DNA from: Narcine bancroftii
Lineage: Eukaryota
Assembly (NCBI RefSeq): GCF_036971445.1
Contig: NC_091473.1
Location: 215,946,001 to 216,010,000, forward strand
Length of the DNA: 64,000 nt
Reading direction: 5' to 3'
The notes under the pieces: generated by a model
Database searches by the model: none
Seen by the model: only the letters and a program-made list of their open reading frames with translations
What the model was told of the DNA's origin: nothing
Translations under genes and position numbers: made by a program
Shown here: in pieces, positions 23,616-36,754 of the stretch
How positions within the stretch are numbered: the stretch's first letter is position 1
How the letters are laid out: every line of letters begins with the position of its first letter

Positions 23616-24817
23616 TAGGGGTGGCCAAACCTTCACATGCGAGCCATATATGGCTCTTGACATGTAATGTGCATCTCATGGAAATATGTTGGCTGAAGGA
23701 GATACCAGTGCTCCCAATGCCACTCTGGGACACTCCAAACCAGAGGATCCCGGGATGATCACAACCGAGCTGAGACAAGGAGAGGGAAGAGGGAGTGGGC
23801 ACTGGAGTAACAGCCTCTGCAGAGGAGTGGCGCAAGGAGGACATACCGGAGTTGGGTTCTCCTCGCTCAGGCCAGGCAGCACCACAGCAGAGTGCCACCA
23901 ACATGCAATATGAAATAGGAGGGTCCTCTGCAGAGGTTGGGAAACTGGGGCTGGGCCAGGAGAGCTCTGATGAGGCATATTCTGCCCCAGAGGTGTCTTT
24001 CCGAGGCAGGCACTCTGGCACAGGGAAGCAAGGAGACAGAGACAGGGAGATGGTCTCAATGAGGACATCATCCAGGCACCAAGCCAGGACAGAACTGGAG
24101 ATGGCAGCAGCAATGAAAGATCTGTCAGTGGCCATCGGCAAGTCCTGGCCCTATCAGATGGAGAACCAGCACCAGACTGCAGAGGTTAGACCGCTCAATA
24201 TCCCAGCCTCCACTCCCCCCCTCCCCATCCTGCCAGGGACTGGGGAGAGGGAAGCAGAGCTGTGGGCCGCCTGGCCTCACCCTGCTGCAGGAGGCAGCTT
24301 TGGATCTGGTCACTTTCCGCATTAAGCACTCAATTGTTAGCACTGCAATGGTGCTGGTATTTGCAGAGACCAGTGGCAGGAGGAATCATCCATCCAGCCC
24401 ATCGAGCCTTCTCCCACATTCAGTGAGATCACAGCTGATCTGGCCGTTGTCCCAGCTCCACCTTCCCCCATAACTCTTAATTCCCCTACGATGTAAAAAT
24501 CTCTGATTGTATCTGAAATATATTTAATGAGGCAGCCTCAACTTCTTCCTTAGGCAGAGATTTCCACAGAAAATCAGACAGGATTTTGACAATATTTGGT
24601 ATGTGTATGTGCACTTTTTGATTATTGAAACTAATTCAAATTAGTAGTTTAAAAAGCTACATACATGAATAAAAGTTAAATAATATTTATGTAACATTTT
24701 TATAACAAAATATGCACGAGTAAAAATGTGAATAATTTTATTTTTGCCTTACGGCTCTCCAACATCTTAAGTTTATTGTATGTGGCTCTTGCATGAAGCA
24801 AGTTTGGCCACCCCCTG
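23616..24817. mobile_element. 1.2-kb non-autonomous hAT DNA transposon
   Basis: TIRs taggggtggccaaac / gtttggccaccccctg. Perfect 8-bp TSD CTGTAGGC at 23608-23615 and 24818-24825. It splits a CR1 endonuclease G-N/D-FNFPN.DW motif. Confidence 0.88.
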
Positions 24818-26699
24818 CTGTAGGCAATTTCAACTTCCTAACACTGACTGGGAATGTCAATGTGTCAGTGTTAGGGATTCGATGGAGTTAATTTTAAGTT
24901 CCAGAACTTTCTCCAGCAATATGTGGATAGGCTGCCTGGGAAGGGGTGATATTGTAATGGGGAGTAAAGCTGGTCAAGTAACTAGCCCAGTTATTGCTCC
25001 TGCCTTGCTGCTAAAGTTATCTCCAACCGCCCCTCTTTCACACGATTTTGGACGCAGTGTTATCTCCCCTACCCTCACCATGCTGAAGTGAGCTGCTCAA
25101 GGACTGGGGGGGGGGGGGGGGAGGGAGGTGGGGAGGAAAAGAAACAAGACACGGATTTTGCTTGATGGCTGAATAATTCTTCAAATTTCCAATCCACCGC
25201 AGAGCGCTGGTTCCTGAAACATCCTTATCTGCTCATTGTGTCCAAGGTTAGCTCAGAGCTGCATCGATGAGGTTGACAGTCACCCAGCATGGAAACAGGC
25301 CCTTCAGCTCAACTTGCTGACCAAAATACCCCACCCACACTGGTCCCTTTTGCCTGCCTCTGGCCCATATCCCTCTAAACCCTTCCAGGTCATGTACCAT
25401 CCAATTTTATTTTAACATTATAATAGTACCTGCCTCAACCATCTCCGACAGCCCATTCCATGCACCCACCACCTACGGCGTGCAAAAAGTTACTCGTCAG
25501 GTTCCTGTTAAATCTCTCCCCCCTCACCTTAAACTCATGTCCTCTGGTTACTGAATCCTCTACTCTGGGCAAAAAAACTCTGCGCTCACCTAATTTATTC
25601 CTTTCAAGTGTTTCTGCCCTCTCCTACAACAGGTCTTGGGAGCAATCCACCCTTCACCCATCCAGGCCCATTTGCAGACATGACACTGGACTCCTCCTCA
25701 CCCGATCCCTGAGCAGGAAGCCCACCTTGGACATGAACAACATGGAAAGATTCAATTGGGACCTCACTCTACCTCCAGGCTGATTGCCCGTTGTCCCGAA
25801 TGGGTAATTCCTTTCCTCCATTACACCGACACCATTAACAGGCTTCTACAAAACCTTCAAACTCACCTTAATCCTGATTGCCCGTGGCATCGAGCCCTCT
25901 TTCTTGCCTTCCTAATTTATTTTCTATGCACCTCATTATACTGCAGTTGACCTTTGCCAGGACCAGTCTTATTTTTTAAAAAAAACAAGTTCTCTCTTCC
26001 CCCATTTAACTCTCTGTTTCAGACTTTTCAATAACTATACACTGAGTTATGGTCACTATTCCCAGGATGCTCCCCCCACTCAGACACCAAGATATGGTTC
26101 AGTGATTCCCAAATGGCATCAAAAGTCTCCCTGGGCACTGTCCAAACCCCCTCCACTTCATATCAAGGTATTCCCAGCTAATATTTGGGAAATTTGACCC
26201 CCCTACCACATTTTTAACCATGACCAATTGTCTGCTAACATACCTGTTAGTCCATTTCCTGTGAGCAGTCGGCACAACATTGTGGGTGAAGGGCCTGTAC
26301 TGAGTTAGAATATTCTATGTTTAAAGACCACTGCGTGTCTGGAACAGGTTGCCAGAGGAGGAGGTTGAGGCAGGTACTGTTGGGGCAGATACCTAAATAG
26401 GAAGGGTTTAGCAGGATTTGGGCTAAAGGCAGGTGGGACTAGTGTGGATGGGATTGATTCATGTGAGGAAGCGAGTTTCTCCTGCCCCCCATCCCCAAGC
26501 TCTAACCCCCAGCTGGGCTCTCACCACTAGGGCTGGCAGTGGTCTAGGGTTTAACCCCCAGGGTTCCAGTCTCCCACATCTCCATCCCTTGGGCACCCAT
26601 CTTCATATTAGTCAGCCGGTTGTCCCTTGGTGATGGGGCTTCCCTATCAGCCTGGCTTCACTGGACCCTTTACACAGACTGTTCAGCCCCTCTCCAGCA

Positions 26700-28420
26700 T
26701 ATTGTAAAGAGCTCATGAGAGATTTGCCCAGGCTACTGTGGAAAGTGAGGGAGGAGATTGCTAAGCCACTGGTGATGATCTTTGCACTTTCACTGGGGAT
26801 AGAAGTACTGGAGGATTGCAAATGTTCACATTCAAGAAAAGGAGTAGAGATAACCCAGGAAATTATAGACCTGTTAGTCTTACTTCAGCAGTGTTTGAGA
26901 AAGATCCTGAGAGACATGATTTACAAGCATTTCAAGAGGCATAATCAGTACGACTTTGCTAGGGGAAGATCATATCTCACAAGCCTGAATTCTTTGCGGA
27001 TGTCAAAAAGCTCATTGATGAAGGTAGAGCAGTGGATGTCATGTATATGGATTTCATTCAGGCTTCTGACAAGGTTCCCCAAACAAGGCTCATTTGGAAA
27101 GTAATGAGGCCTTGCTTTCTGAATAGAGAATTGGTTTGCCCATAGAAGGCAGAATGTGGTTGTCGATGGTTCATATTCTGCATGGAGGTTGGTGACAACG
27201 GGGATCTGTTCTGGGACCCCTTCCTTTGTGATTTTTATAAATGACTTGGATAAGGAAGTGGAAGGGTGGGTGTAAGGTAAAAACATCATGAGATGGGACC
27301 GGAGAAGGAGTCACCCAGTTCTAAGGAGTAACAGAATGCAGATGTGACCTTGTCCACTCAAGATAAGCTTTGCACTAACAAGAATGATGTGCAGCAGACT
27401 AACAGAGAAGGGTAGCAACAGCTAATTCATTGGACAATGTCATGGTATGATAATTTACTAAGTACGTATCCTGAGGTATAAAAAAAACACCACTTGCTGT
27501 TAACGGCAGAATGTGCCTTCTCCAACTAACACGGTTAGTTGCAAGTGTTACAATCCGGTAATAAAGAACAAAGAACCTTGATTTCAACTCAGTCTGGTGT
27601 CTGACTCACTCATTCATGAACAAAGCAGACTTAACATGGGTCAGTCAGTTTGTAGATGACACAGTAGTATTGTGGATGCTCTGGAGGGCTGCCAGAGGTT
27701 ACAAAAAGATTGACAGGATGCAGAGCTGGTTTGAGAAATGGCAGGTGGTTGAACCCAGAAAAGTATGAAGTGGTTTATTTTGGTTGGTCAAATTTGAGGG
27801 CAGAACACAATGTTAATGGCAGGACTCCAAGCAGTGTGGATGAACAGAGGTCTTGGGATCCAAGGGACACTCAAAACTGCTGAACAGGTTAATAGTGTTA
27901 AGAAGATGTATGGTGTGTTGGCCTTCATTAATCTTGGGATCAAGTTCAAGAGCAACAAGGCAACATTGAAAGTCTACAAGTTCTTGGTTAGACCCCATTT
28001 GGAATATTATATGTTTAGTTCTTGTCATCTCAATACAGGAAGGATGTGGCTGCTATGGAGAGAGTGCATAGGAGATTTACAAGGATGCTGTCTGGATTGG
28101 AGAGCAGGCCTCATGAGGATAGGCTGAGCGAACTTGGCCTTTTCTCCTTGGAGTGACAGGATGAGGTGCACAACTGATATATGTGCACAAGATCATGAAA
28201 GGCATTGATCAAGTGGATACCCAGAGGCTTTTTGCCAGGGCTGAGATGGCTAAGACAAAGGGGTTTGGGAGTAAGTATGGGAACGACACAAGAGGCAAAG
28301 TTTTCACACAGAGAATGGTGCAGGCAGGTACAATAGGATCTTTTAAGATGGATACATGGAACTGAGAAAAATGGAGGGTTACGCAGTCAGCACAACAGGT
28401 CCATCGTGCTGTAAACTTCG
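26700..28420 (+). mobile_element. Degenerate CR1 LINE RT and 3' region
   Basis: PRLLWKVREEIAKPL, FVIFINDLD..VEGW, LVRPHLEY motifs with frameshifts. Confidence 0.8.
27271..27636 (+). mobile_element. 366-bp solo LTR nested in CR1
   Basis: TGTAAG...CTTAACA termini, 4-bp TSD TGGG, TATAAA near 27477, AATAAA near 27560. Confidence 0.82.
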
Positions 28421-28675
28421 AAGTTCCATATTCATGACCAACTGTGACCAAGCTGAGTGACACGGTAAAAGACTCCAAAACCCAGATACAACCAACCAGT
28501 TTACTGATCACGTTAACAGGTACAAATATTACAACAGAGGTGTGACGCAATACAGGACAGGGAAGGGGCCCCGGGGCCAGAGTCTGGAGAAGCAGAGGGC
28601 CATGCCCCGCCCATGGGCCCATGCCCCACCTATGGGCCCCGGAGGTGGTGCAGAGGAATTTGGCGTGGGATCCAG

Positions 28676-28843
28676 CTAGGACACCAAGACCCCGGTGCCT
28701 GTGCTCTTGCCACTGGAGTCAGTGTCCCGGGCTGAGCGATCCTCCTCGTTCATCAGCCGGATGTTGTACTTCTCCCGGTACTCTGTCAGCTCTCGGCCCT
28801 TACTCTGGATCTGGCTGTTCAATTTCTCGATCAGTTTCATCAC
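28676..28843 (-). CDS. PFDN2: Prefoldin subunit 2, terminal exon
   Basis: VMKLIEKLNSQIQSKGRELTEYREKYNIRLM...TGVLVS*. Variant poly(A) signal AGTAAA near 28500 with a GT-rich downstream tract. Confidence 0.93.
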   Translation of the reverse strand: MMKLIEKLNSQIQSKGRELTEYREKYNIRLMNEEDRSARDTDSSGKSTGTGVLVS

Positions 28844-30429
28844 CTGCAGGAAGTGGAGAAGGAGCGACAGCAACATCAGCTCAGCCAGATGCACCATAGC
28901 GCTGCACATACCCTGGGATGCCACAGGGAACCCCAACCTACGAGCTTTGGAATTCCAACCAAAGTGCCCTGATTGACTGTTCATGGGACTGACTCTTTAG
29001 CCCATGACAATTATTCACACCCACTCCAGTTTTCATCTCTTTCTCCACACCCAGGCACCAGGCAGCAACCATTAACCACCCATCCCGCACATCTTTGGGA
29101 TGTGGGATACCCTGAGGTGGGGGGGGGGGGGTCCACAGGGAATATGCGTAAAGTGAGAGAGCGAGCGTGAGAGCAAGATGGGGATCAAATCTGGGTCTCT
29201 TTCAACATTATCATAGAACCACAGAACACTGCAACATGGAAACAGGACCTTTGGCCCATCTAGTTGGTGCTAAACCATCATTCTGTCTGGTCCCATCGAT
29301 TTCCATAGTCCTCCCATCCATGGACCCATGCAAATCTTTCAATATCAAAATCTAACCCACATTCACCATCTCAGCTGGCAGCTCGTGCTACACTCTCTCC
29401 ACTCTGAATGAAGGAGTTGCCTCTAAACTACTGTTTATCCATGTTTCCTAGGACTTGATCAGCCAACTTCAATGGGAAAAGCCTGCTTGCTAAAGTCTTT
29501 AATCCCTGGAGCATTAGAGAATGAGGGGAGATTTAATAGAGGTAGACAAAATTATGAGGAGTATAGAGTACACACAAGCAGGCTTTTTCCACTGAGGTTG
29601 GGCAAGACAAGATGATATGTCTACAGGGTGAAAGGTGAGATATTTAAAGACAATATCAGGGGGAAGCTTCACACAGAAGGGGTTTTTTACACTGAAAAAC
29701 CGTGTTATTGCTGTATGCACAGAACTGAAAAAAGCCACCTCTGTGTGCCCATTGAGACTACCTAAGTTGCCGGATCGAAGCCAGGTAAGTATAGACCCTT
29801 AATCCACCCTCAATGCTTTCACAAGAGTGCTTGAAAGGTGGATAAAACTCTGCTTTCAAGCACTGTGCAAAAGGGGCTAAAGAGTGGTGAGAGTGTGGAT
29901 CTGCCATCTTAAGTGGGGAATACAAGTTTGTTTTTGACATTTAAGAAACTTTTGGATAGGTTCACGAGAGGGGATGGAGGGCTATGCTCCAGAGTCAGGT
30001 CAATGGAACTAGGCAGAATAGTTTGGCTTGGACTAGATGGGCCGAAGGGTCTGTTTCTGTGCTTCACTGTTCTATGGAGCTAGAAGGCAGTGGCACTACC
30101 CACTGTGCCTCACACATTTTGTGGCAGCGGAAGGAGCATCACAACTCAGCACCAAGATAAGGCCGAGGTGGAGACGTTGCTGACATTAACAGGAAGATAC
30201 TGAAGGATTGTGGTCTCTCCTCTTCCTCCCTGGCTGTAGAAAGGAGAATCAAACCTGGCAGCTCAGACTCAGAACCAACAAGAGCAGCACTGAAACCAAG
30301 GAGGTGAAGGGGAATGGTCAGCAGGTGTTTCTGTAACTGGAGCTTGTCCACAGGATGTGTCCCCCATCCCTCTTTGCTGTAATGATTTAGAACTAAACAC
30401 AGGTCAAAGATGGTGCAGGCAATGCTGTT

Positions 30430-30870
30430 AAACAACAAAGTCTGCAGCCGTTGAGGTCAAGGGAGGTACACAAATGCACCGGAGAAACATCCATAGGAAA
30501 TAGTGGGCAACCAACCTTTCAAGCCTGAGCCCTTTATCAAGGCACGAGCAAAAACAGGTAGGCGCCTGAATAAAAACATGGTGGGGGGGAGGGGGGTGGG
30601 AGGAGAGGAAGGGCAGAGGGAAGAACCCAGGTCATAGTAGATATAGGAAGGAGTGTAGAAGAAAAAAGCTGAAAAGTGGAAGGGAAAGGAGTGGGGAGCT
30701 GGAGGAAAGGAGACAGACGCAAAGCAGGAAAGTGTAGGTTGATGTTAATGCCATCTGGTTGCTGAAGGCACAGATGGAACTCAAGGTGTTCCTCCAATGT
30801 GCTGGTGGCCTCCATTAGCAGTGCACGAGGCCATAGACGTGTCATTTTGGCAAAGGGGTGTGGAATTGAA
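30430..30870 (-). mobile_element. Penelope-like 3' fragment with pLTR
   Basis: LEEHLEFHL..QPDGININL, plus a hammerhead-like motif at 30512-30542. Confidence 0.65.
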
Positions 30871-31753
30871 ATATTTGCCCCCAACCCGCCCCCCCCTCCC
30901 CCACACACCTGCCTGCCTGCTTTTGCTTATTTGTGACCAAGAGCCCAGGACCAAAATGTTGGTTGCCCTTTACATCCTGTGGATGCTGAATGATCTAGTG
31001 AGTTTCTCCTGCAATTGTAGACATTGTGTGGGCAAACAGCAGTGAGAGTGTGTCGGACTGACAGTGGAGGAGGGGAGAAGTAGCGAATGCACTTTAATAG
31101 GGTGATGCAAAGTGGCAAAGGATGTAGAGCAGCAAAGAGTACATCTGTCCTCAAAGGGGCATGGCAGCCCGATACAGTTATCAAACAGGCAGACAGGATA
31201 TGGCTTCAGGAAAGGGGTTGTCAACTCGAGAGGTGCAGAGGAGATTCACCAGAAAGTTGCCAGGACTCGGGCAGGCTAGCTCTTTATTCTTTGGAGTGCA
31301 GGTGGATGAGGGGATGATTTTTCAGAGATGTACAAAATAATGAGGGGGGGGGGGTGGAAAAGAGAGGGTGAATGCAGAGTCTTTGGCCCAGAGTCTGGGA
31401 ACCAGTAGAGATTTAAGGTGGGAGAGGGGGAAAAGAATTAACAGGAACCACAGAAGGTGGTGGTTGTATGGTATGGGCTGGCAGAAGAGATGGTTGAGGC
31501 AGGTACTGTGCAACGTTGAAGAAACATTTGGATGGATACATGGTTAGGATGTTTAGAGGGATATGCGACGAGTGTGGTAGGACAGTTTGATCAGCAAAAA
31601 CAAGTTGAGCCAAAGGCCCTGTTTTCACACTGGATGACGGTGGGTGTGTATGGGGGCAGTGCTGGAAACATGCCCTATCTGGACCCTGGCGACAATTCTA
31701 GCCACTATGTCCTAGAACAGAGTGGGAAGGGGTGGGGGTGTGTGCCTCCTCAC

Positions 31754-31877
31754 CTGTTGTCGGTTGTTCTCCAGGGCTGGGAGAACTTCTTTCACCGTCC
31801 GCTCCACCAACACCCCTCCCACCATGCGGTAACACTTGCGGCTGGGGTCCACCTCCACCAGTGTGTCAATGACCAAT
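31754..31877 (-). CDS. PFDN2: Prefoldin subunit 2, exon 2 (124 nt)
   Basis: LVIDTLVEVDPSRKCYRMVGGVLVERTVKEVLPALENNRQQ. cag/gtgagg. Confidence 0.95.
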
Positions 31878-32189
31878 CTGTAGGGGAAGGGCACAGAAGG
31901 TGTTGCTGTGGCTGCTGGCTCACTGTCTCCCGTGAGATCCTCCAACCCAAACTGGAACTCAGAATCCCACCACACATCCCCAAAATCCTGCCGAGGGACA
32001 ACTCCTCTTCGCCCCCCCCACCAACCTTCTACACCCCACCTTCCCCCAACACCCCCACATTGAGCCCCAGTCTCTCTCAACCCCCACCAATCTCTAACAC
32101 CCCAATGAGCCTTGGTCTTCCTTTGACCTGACCCCAACACCAACCACTGGTTTCCCTACACCCTCTGTCTTTCTCTTCACCGACAATCA

Positions 32190-33000
32190 AAACAGACGGA
32201 ACTCAAGGATGCGTGTTTAGCCCACTGTTGTACTCACTGTACACCCATTTCTGTGGCCAGACACAATTCAAATGCTATCTATAAATTTGCCAATGACACC
32301 AAGGTTGTCGGTAGAATCACAGATGGCAATGAGGAAGTGTTCATGAGGGAGATCGATCAGAGAGTTGAGTGGTGTCACAGCAACAATCTTGGATTCAACA
32401 ACAGTAAAACTAAGGTTGTAGTTGCGGACTTCAGGAGAGGGAAATCAAGAGAACGTAATCTGGTCCTCATCGAGGGGTCAGTAGTGGAAAGGGTCAAGAA
32501 CTTCAAATTCCTGAGTATCAACATCTCTGAAGATCTGTCCTGGCTCCTCCATGTCAATACAATCACAAAGAAGGCTCGCCAGCTGGTATGCTTCATGAGG
32601 AGTTTGAGGAGATTTGGCCCATCACCAAAGACTTGTAAATTTCTAAGGATGTCCCGGGTAGAGCATTCCTACTGGTTGCATCACTGTCTGGAATGGAGGT
32701 GCCAATGTACAGGACAGGTAAAGACTACATACAGAGGGTTGTGAACTCAGCCAGCACCATCACAGCATAGTCTTCACCCCATCAAGAGCATCGACAAGAG
32801 AAGGTGTCTTAAGAGAGCAGCCTCTATCCTCAAAGACCCTCACTACCCAGGCACACTACCCTCTGCACACTTACCATTAGGAAGAAGGTACAGGAGCCTA
32901 AAGACGAGCACCCACCTGCACTAGGACAGCTTCTTCCCTCAGCCATCAGATTCCCAAATGGACAATAAACTACAGACACTACCTCACTTTCTCCTATTTT
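32190..33000 (+). mobile_element. Rex/Babar LINE 3' portion
   Basis: IYKFANDTKVVGRI, VERVKNFKFL, KKARQL..MRSLRRFG. Confidence 0.8.
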
Positions 33001-33099
33001 TAATCACTCATTTAAAATATAATCTGGAGCAATATTTACACCTGTGGAGCAGGTGTAAGCATCCCCAATGACTTAAATTCCATAAGGCTTTCAGAAAAT

Positions 33100-33890
33100 C
33101 CAAGTAAATCGATTCTTTTTGTCTGCAGTGATGAGTTAAAGAAATTCATTCATGTCTCTGTTCTAAAGGGATGTGTTTGTATTGAAGCTATGGCCTCTGG
33201 TCCCAGAATTCCCCACCACAGGAAACATCTTCACATCCACTCGATCCAGCCCTTTCAGTATTCAATAAGCACCCCTCCCCCATTCATTCTTCCAACTCAA
33301 GGGAGTGGAGACCCAGAGCCAACATGCACTCCTCATAGGTTTAACCCTTTCATTCCAGAGTTCATTGTTGTGAACCTCCTCGACCCTCTCCAACCATCCT
33401 TCGATAAGGAGCCCAAAACTGCTCACAATATGCGATCTGACCACTGACTTGTAAACCCTCAATATCACATCCCTCCTTTTTTATTCCATCTCTCTCAAAA
33501 TGAATGCCAGCATTGCATATGCCTTCCTTACTACCAACTCTACCTGTGTTGACCTTTAGGGACTCATAGGTCCTTCATCACCTCCAATTTATGAACTCGT
33601 CCATTTAAAAAAGTTGACGCCTTCATTCCTTCCACCAAAGTACATGATCATACACTTCTCTACATTGTATTCCAAATGTGTTTAAGATCTTCTGCAGGCA
33701 GTGCTTCCTCAACACATCCTCTTCCTTCCTCCTCTCCTCATATTGTTTGCAAACTTGGCCATAAATTCTATCATCTAACTCATATAATGTGAAAAGCAGT
33801 TCTAGCACCAAGCTCTGTGGAACACCACTAGTCACTGGCAGTTAACCAGGAAATGCCCCTTTTATTTCTACTCTTGCCTCGTGCCAGTCA
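33100..33890 (-). mobile_element. Decayed CR1 fragment
   Basis: VTSGVPQSLVL and ILRVYKSVVRSH motifs. Confidence 0.6.
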
Positions 33891-33904
33891 ATCATCCATT
33901 CATG

Positions 33905-34700
33905 CTCAGTTCAATGCTGGAGAAACTCAGCAGATCAAACTCAGCAAAGCAAATACATAACAACATTTCAAGCTTGATCCCTTCATCAAGGTATGAGCAA
34001 AATTACCTAAAATGGATGAGGGGGGGGGGGTGGGGGGGTGGCTTGGGAGGAGGGGGGGGGGAGAAAAAGTCACTGTATATGTGTGAAAAATAAATAGTGT
34101 ATATCATGGCTAATGTGATTTATGGTGTGAAAAATAAAAAATTTTAAAAAAAAGGTATGAGCAAAATGTGGGCAGGTGCCCAAACAAAATTGTGGGGGAG
34201 CAGTCCCACAGGCAAGAGGTAATAGGTGGATAAGGGAGGGAGGGCACACCAGCAAATAAAAGGAAGCTTCTGTGGATGTATGGAAAGGGATGGAGCTGGA
34301 AGAAAGAAGACAGAAGAATGGGGAAAGATAACAGGGAGTGGGCTAGCAGCAACCAGAGAAGTTACTGTTAATGCCATTGGGTTGGCGAGCACGCAGATGG
34401 AAAATGAAGTTTGCTACCCCAATTTATCAGATTTCTGGTTTGAGTGCAGATGAGGCCATGGAGAGATGTCGTCACGGGAATGGGATGCAGTATTGAAATG
34501 GTTGGCCATTAGAAGATGCGGAAAGATCAAAATTGAGAGAAAGGCATAGAATCCTTGCAGGGGACTGGGTGTGAAGGTAGTTGTGGGGGTGAGCAGGTTT
34601 GTAAAAAATCTGTAGGAAGTGTCTCCCGAGATGGAGACAAATCAAGATGGGGAGAGCATCACCAGAGATGGACCAGGTGAATTTGAAGTCAGGCTTTAAG
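33905..34700 (-). mobile_element. Penelope-like fragment with pLTR
   Basis: PDFKFTWSISGD and IFYKPAHPHNYL, plus a hammerhead-like motif at 33961-33991. Confidence 0.65.
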
Positions 34701-34879
34701 TTACTGCTACCCCTTCTACCCATGCTACTATCTTTGATGTAATACCATGAGCAAATGAGAATTTATTGTTATGAAAGTCAGTGTTTGCAGCAGCATCTTA
34801 GTGCAAACATTCATATTCTAACCATCTTACAACATTACTATATAAAGAAATGCACAAAAAGTAAGGCAGTGTCTTTGGT

Positions 34880-35380
34880 TCATTGATCACTCAGGAAGGA
34901 ATCTGATGGCATCAAGGAAGAAGCTGTCCTTGTGCCAGAGTCCTTGACTTAAGACTCATGTAGCTTTCACCCCGGATAGTAGCAGAGTGAAGAAGGCCTG
35001 GCCTGAGTGCTGGGGGTCTTTGGGGATAGAAGCTACTTTTTTCATGAAGATGTCTACGATGATGTCGCAGGCCGAGTTTATTCTTGTCCTGAGAGTTGGC
35101 GTCTCCATATCAGGCGGCGATGCAACCAGTCAGAATGCTCTCCACGGTACACTTGTAGAAATTTATGAGTCTTTGGTGACCTACCGAATCTCCTCAGAAA
35201 GTATAGCCTGCAAGCCTTCTTCGTGATTGCATGAACGTGGAGGCTCCAGGACAGACCCTCGGAGATGGTGACACCCAGGAATTTGAAGTCCTTGACTCTT
35301 ACCACTACTGAGCCCTCAATGAAGACTGGGTGGTGTTCCCCTCACTTCCTCCTGAAGACCACAATCATCTCCTTGGTTCC
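34880..35380 (-). mobile_element. Rex/Babar LINE 3' fragment
   Basis: VRVKDFKFLGVTISEGLSWSLHVHAITKKACRLYFLRRFG. Confidence 0.75.
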
Positions 35381-35648
35381 TCATATGCAGTACATTGTAA
35401 AAGGCTTTCAGAAATTTTTGTCTGTCCTCCTGTTTGACGCTCCAACAAGTTTGTTAGGCCAGAGCCCCCCTCCATGCTTCTTTTACCATGATCGCCCTCT
35501 AACCCACTCCCGCAGTCCTGGTACTCCCATGGCCATCCACCTGCCACCGATACCCCCGTCCCCCTCCGCCTTGCCCCCCCTCACATCCCTCCCTAACGCC
35601 CCGACCGCGCACGGGTCTCTCGACATTCCTGGGCCCGGCCACACCTAC

Positions 35649-35833
35649 CCGTGCTCCGCCAACTCCTGCTCCAGCTCTGCCCCCTTCCCGACCAAACGGC
35701 GCTGCTCCTGCCGCAGCCGGTTGAAACCGGCTAACACCTGTTCGGGACTGGGCCCGGAGCCTGGGGCTCGGGCCCGGCCCCCCGCCTGGTTAACAGCGGC
35801 AATACTCCCACCAATTCCCCCTCCGCTCTCCAT
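35649..35833 (-). CDS. PFDN2: Prefoldin subunit 2, exon 1
   Basis: M...SPEQVLAGFNRLRQEQRRLVGKGAELEQELAEH, donor gtaggt. The three exons total 477 nt (158 aa plus stop). Confidence 0.9.
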
Positions 35834-36560
35834 TCTGCGGAGGCGGCGACTGCGCAGTCGCCACTGTGCCGGCTTTTATATGGTGCTTGAGGTGGCCGCA
35901 GATATCTGGACCTTCCTATTTTATCAGGTGACAAAAAGATAGAGCGAATGGCTTTTTGTGTCTTTATTACTGGAAGAAATCTGTTTGAATTATCCTTAAT
36001 CTTCTGTTTCCCCTCACACACCACCCTAAGTAATCCCTATGCCATTGGTGCTCTGGGATTAGTAAGGGACTGCTTAAAGTGGGATGTGTGATTAAAAAAA
36101 GGGTTGCTCTAGACCCAATGGTTACTGAAATATTTTAATATGAAAGAATCTGGTTCAAGCATATTCTGGCCGCCTCATTCACCCATCAGGTCCCATCGCA
36201 CGTTCGGGTCGTAGATTTTGGGATAAGGCACTGGAGCGGCCACCTCAAATGCGTGTGGAACAAGACCCCAACCGTCATCTTGGGTCACAGCGGCCATTTT
36301 CCTCTCTCACTAATGTGTCTTCTACAGGCTTGCAGAAGGATCAGCAGGTAATTTTTCCGGCGCCTTCGTCCTCCATCCAAATATTTAAAGCCTTCTCGGT
36401 TAGAAGAGCGCAGAGATATTTTCAGTCAGGCTAGTCTACTATGATAGAGGACCCTAATCCCCCTTCACTTGGGCGTGGGCTGTTGCCATGACGGCTTTAG
36501 GAGCAGCCAATCAAAATGTGTTATATTTGAATATGCCAATTTTACACGGTCCCCGCCTCT
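35834..36560. promoter_or_regulatory. PFDN2/NIT1 bidirectional promoter region
   Basis: Head-to-head genes, CpG-rich. Minus-strand TATAAAA at 35874-35880, 18-bp palindrome at 35845-35862, GC-box/X-box-like/CCAAT cluster at 36470-36540. Confidence 0.6.
36313..36347 (+). CDS. NIT1: Putative NIT1 N-terminal (mitochondrial targeting) exon, MCLLQACRRISR
   Basis: CAG|gtaatt phase-2 donor matches the phase-2 acceptor at 39959 and gives MCLLQACRRISRGLAMSAVK. NIT1 is known to have mitochondrial and cytosolic forms. Confidence 0.45.
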
Positions 36561-36754
36561 TTGTTGAACACTGATTTCCACCTTCCACCCTTTGACCCCA
36601 GCCTGCCTCCCTAACCCTGACCTTTGACCCTCACCTTCCCACTTCATTCCCTTCACCACCTCCCTAACCTTTCACCCTTATCCTACCATTTCGCATCCAC
36701 CAAGTCGGCACCCACGCCGGGCCCATTGGTTGGGTTGTGGGTTACACCTCTGGG

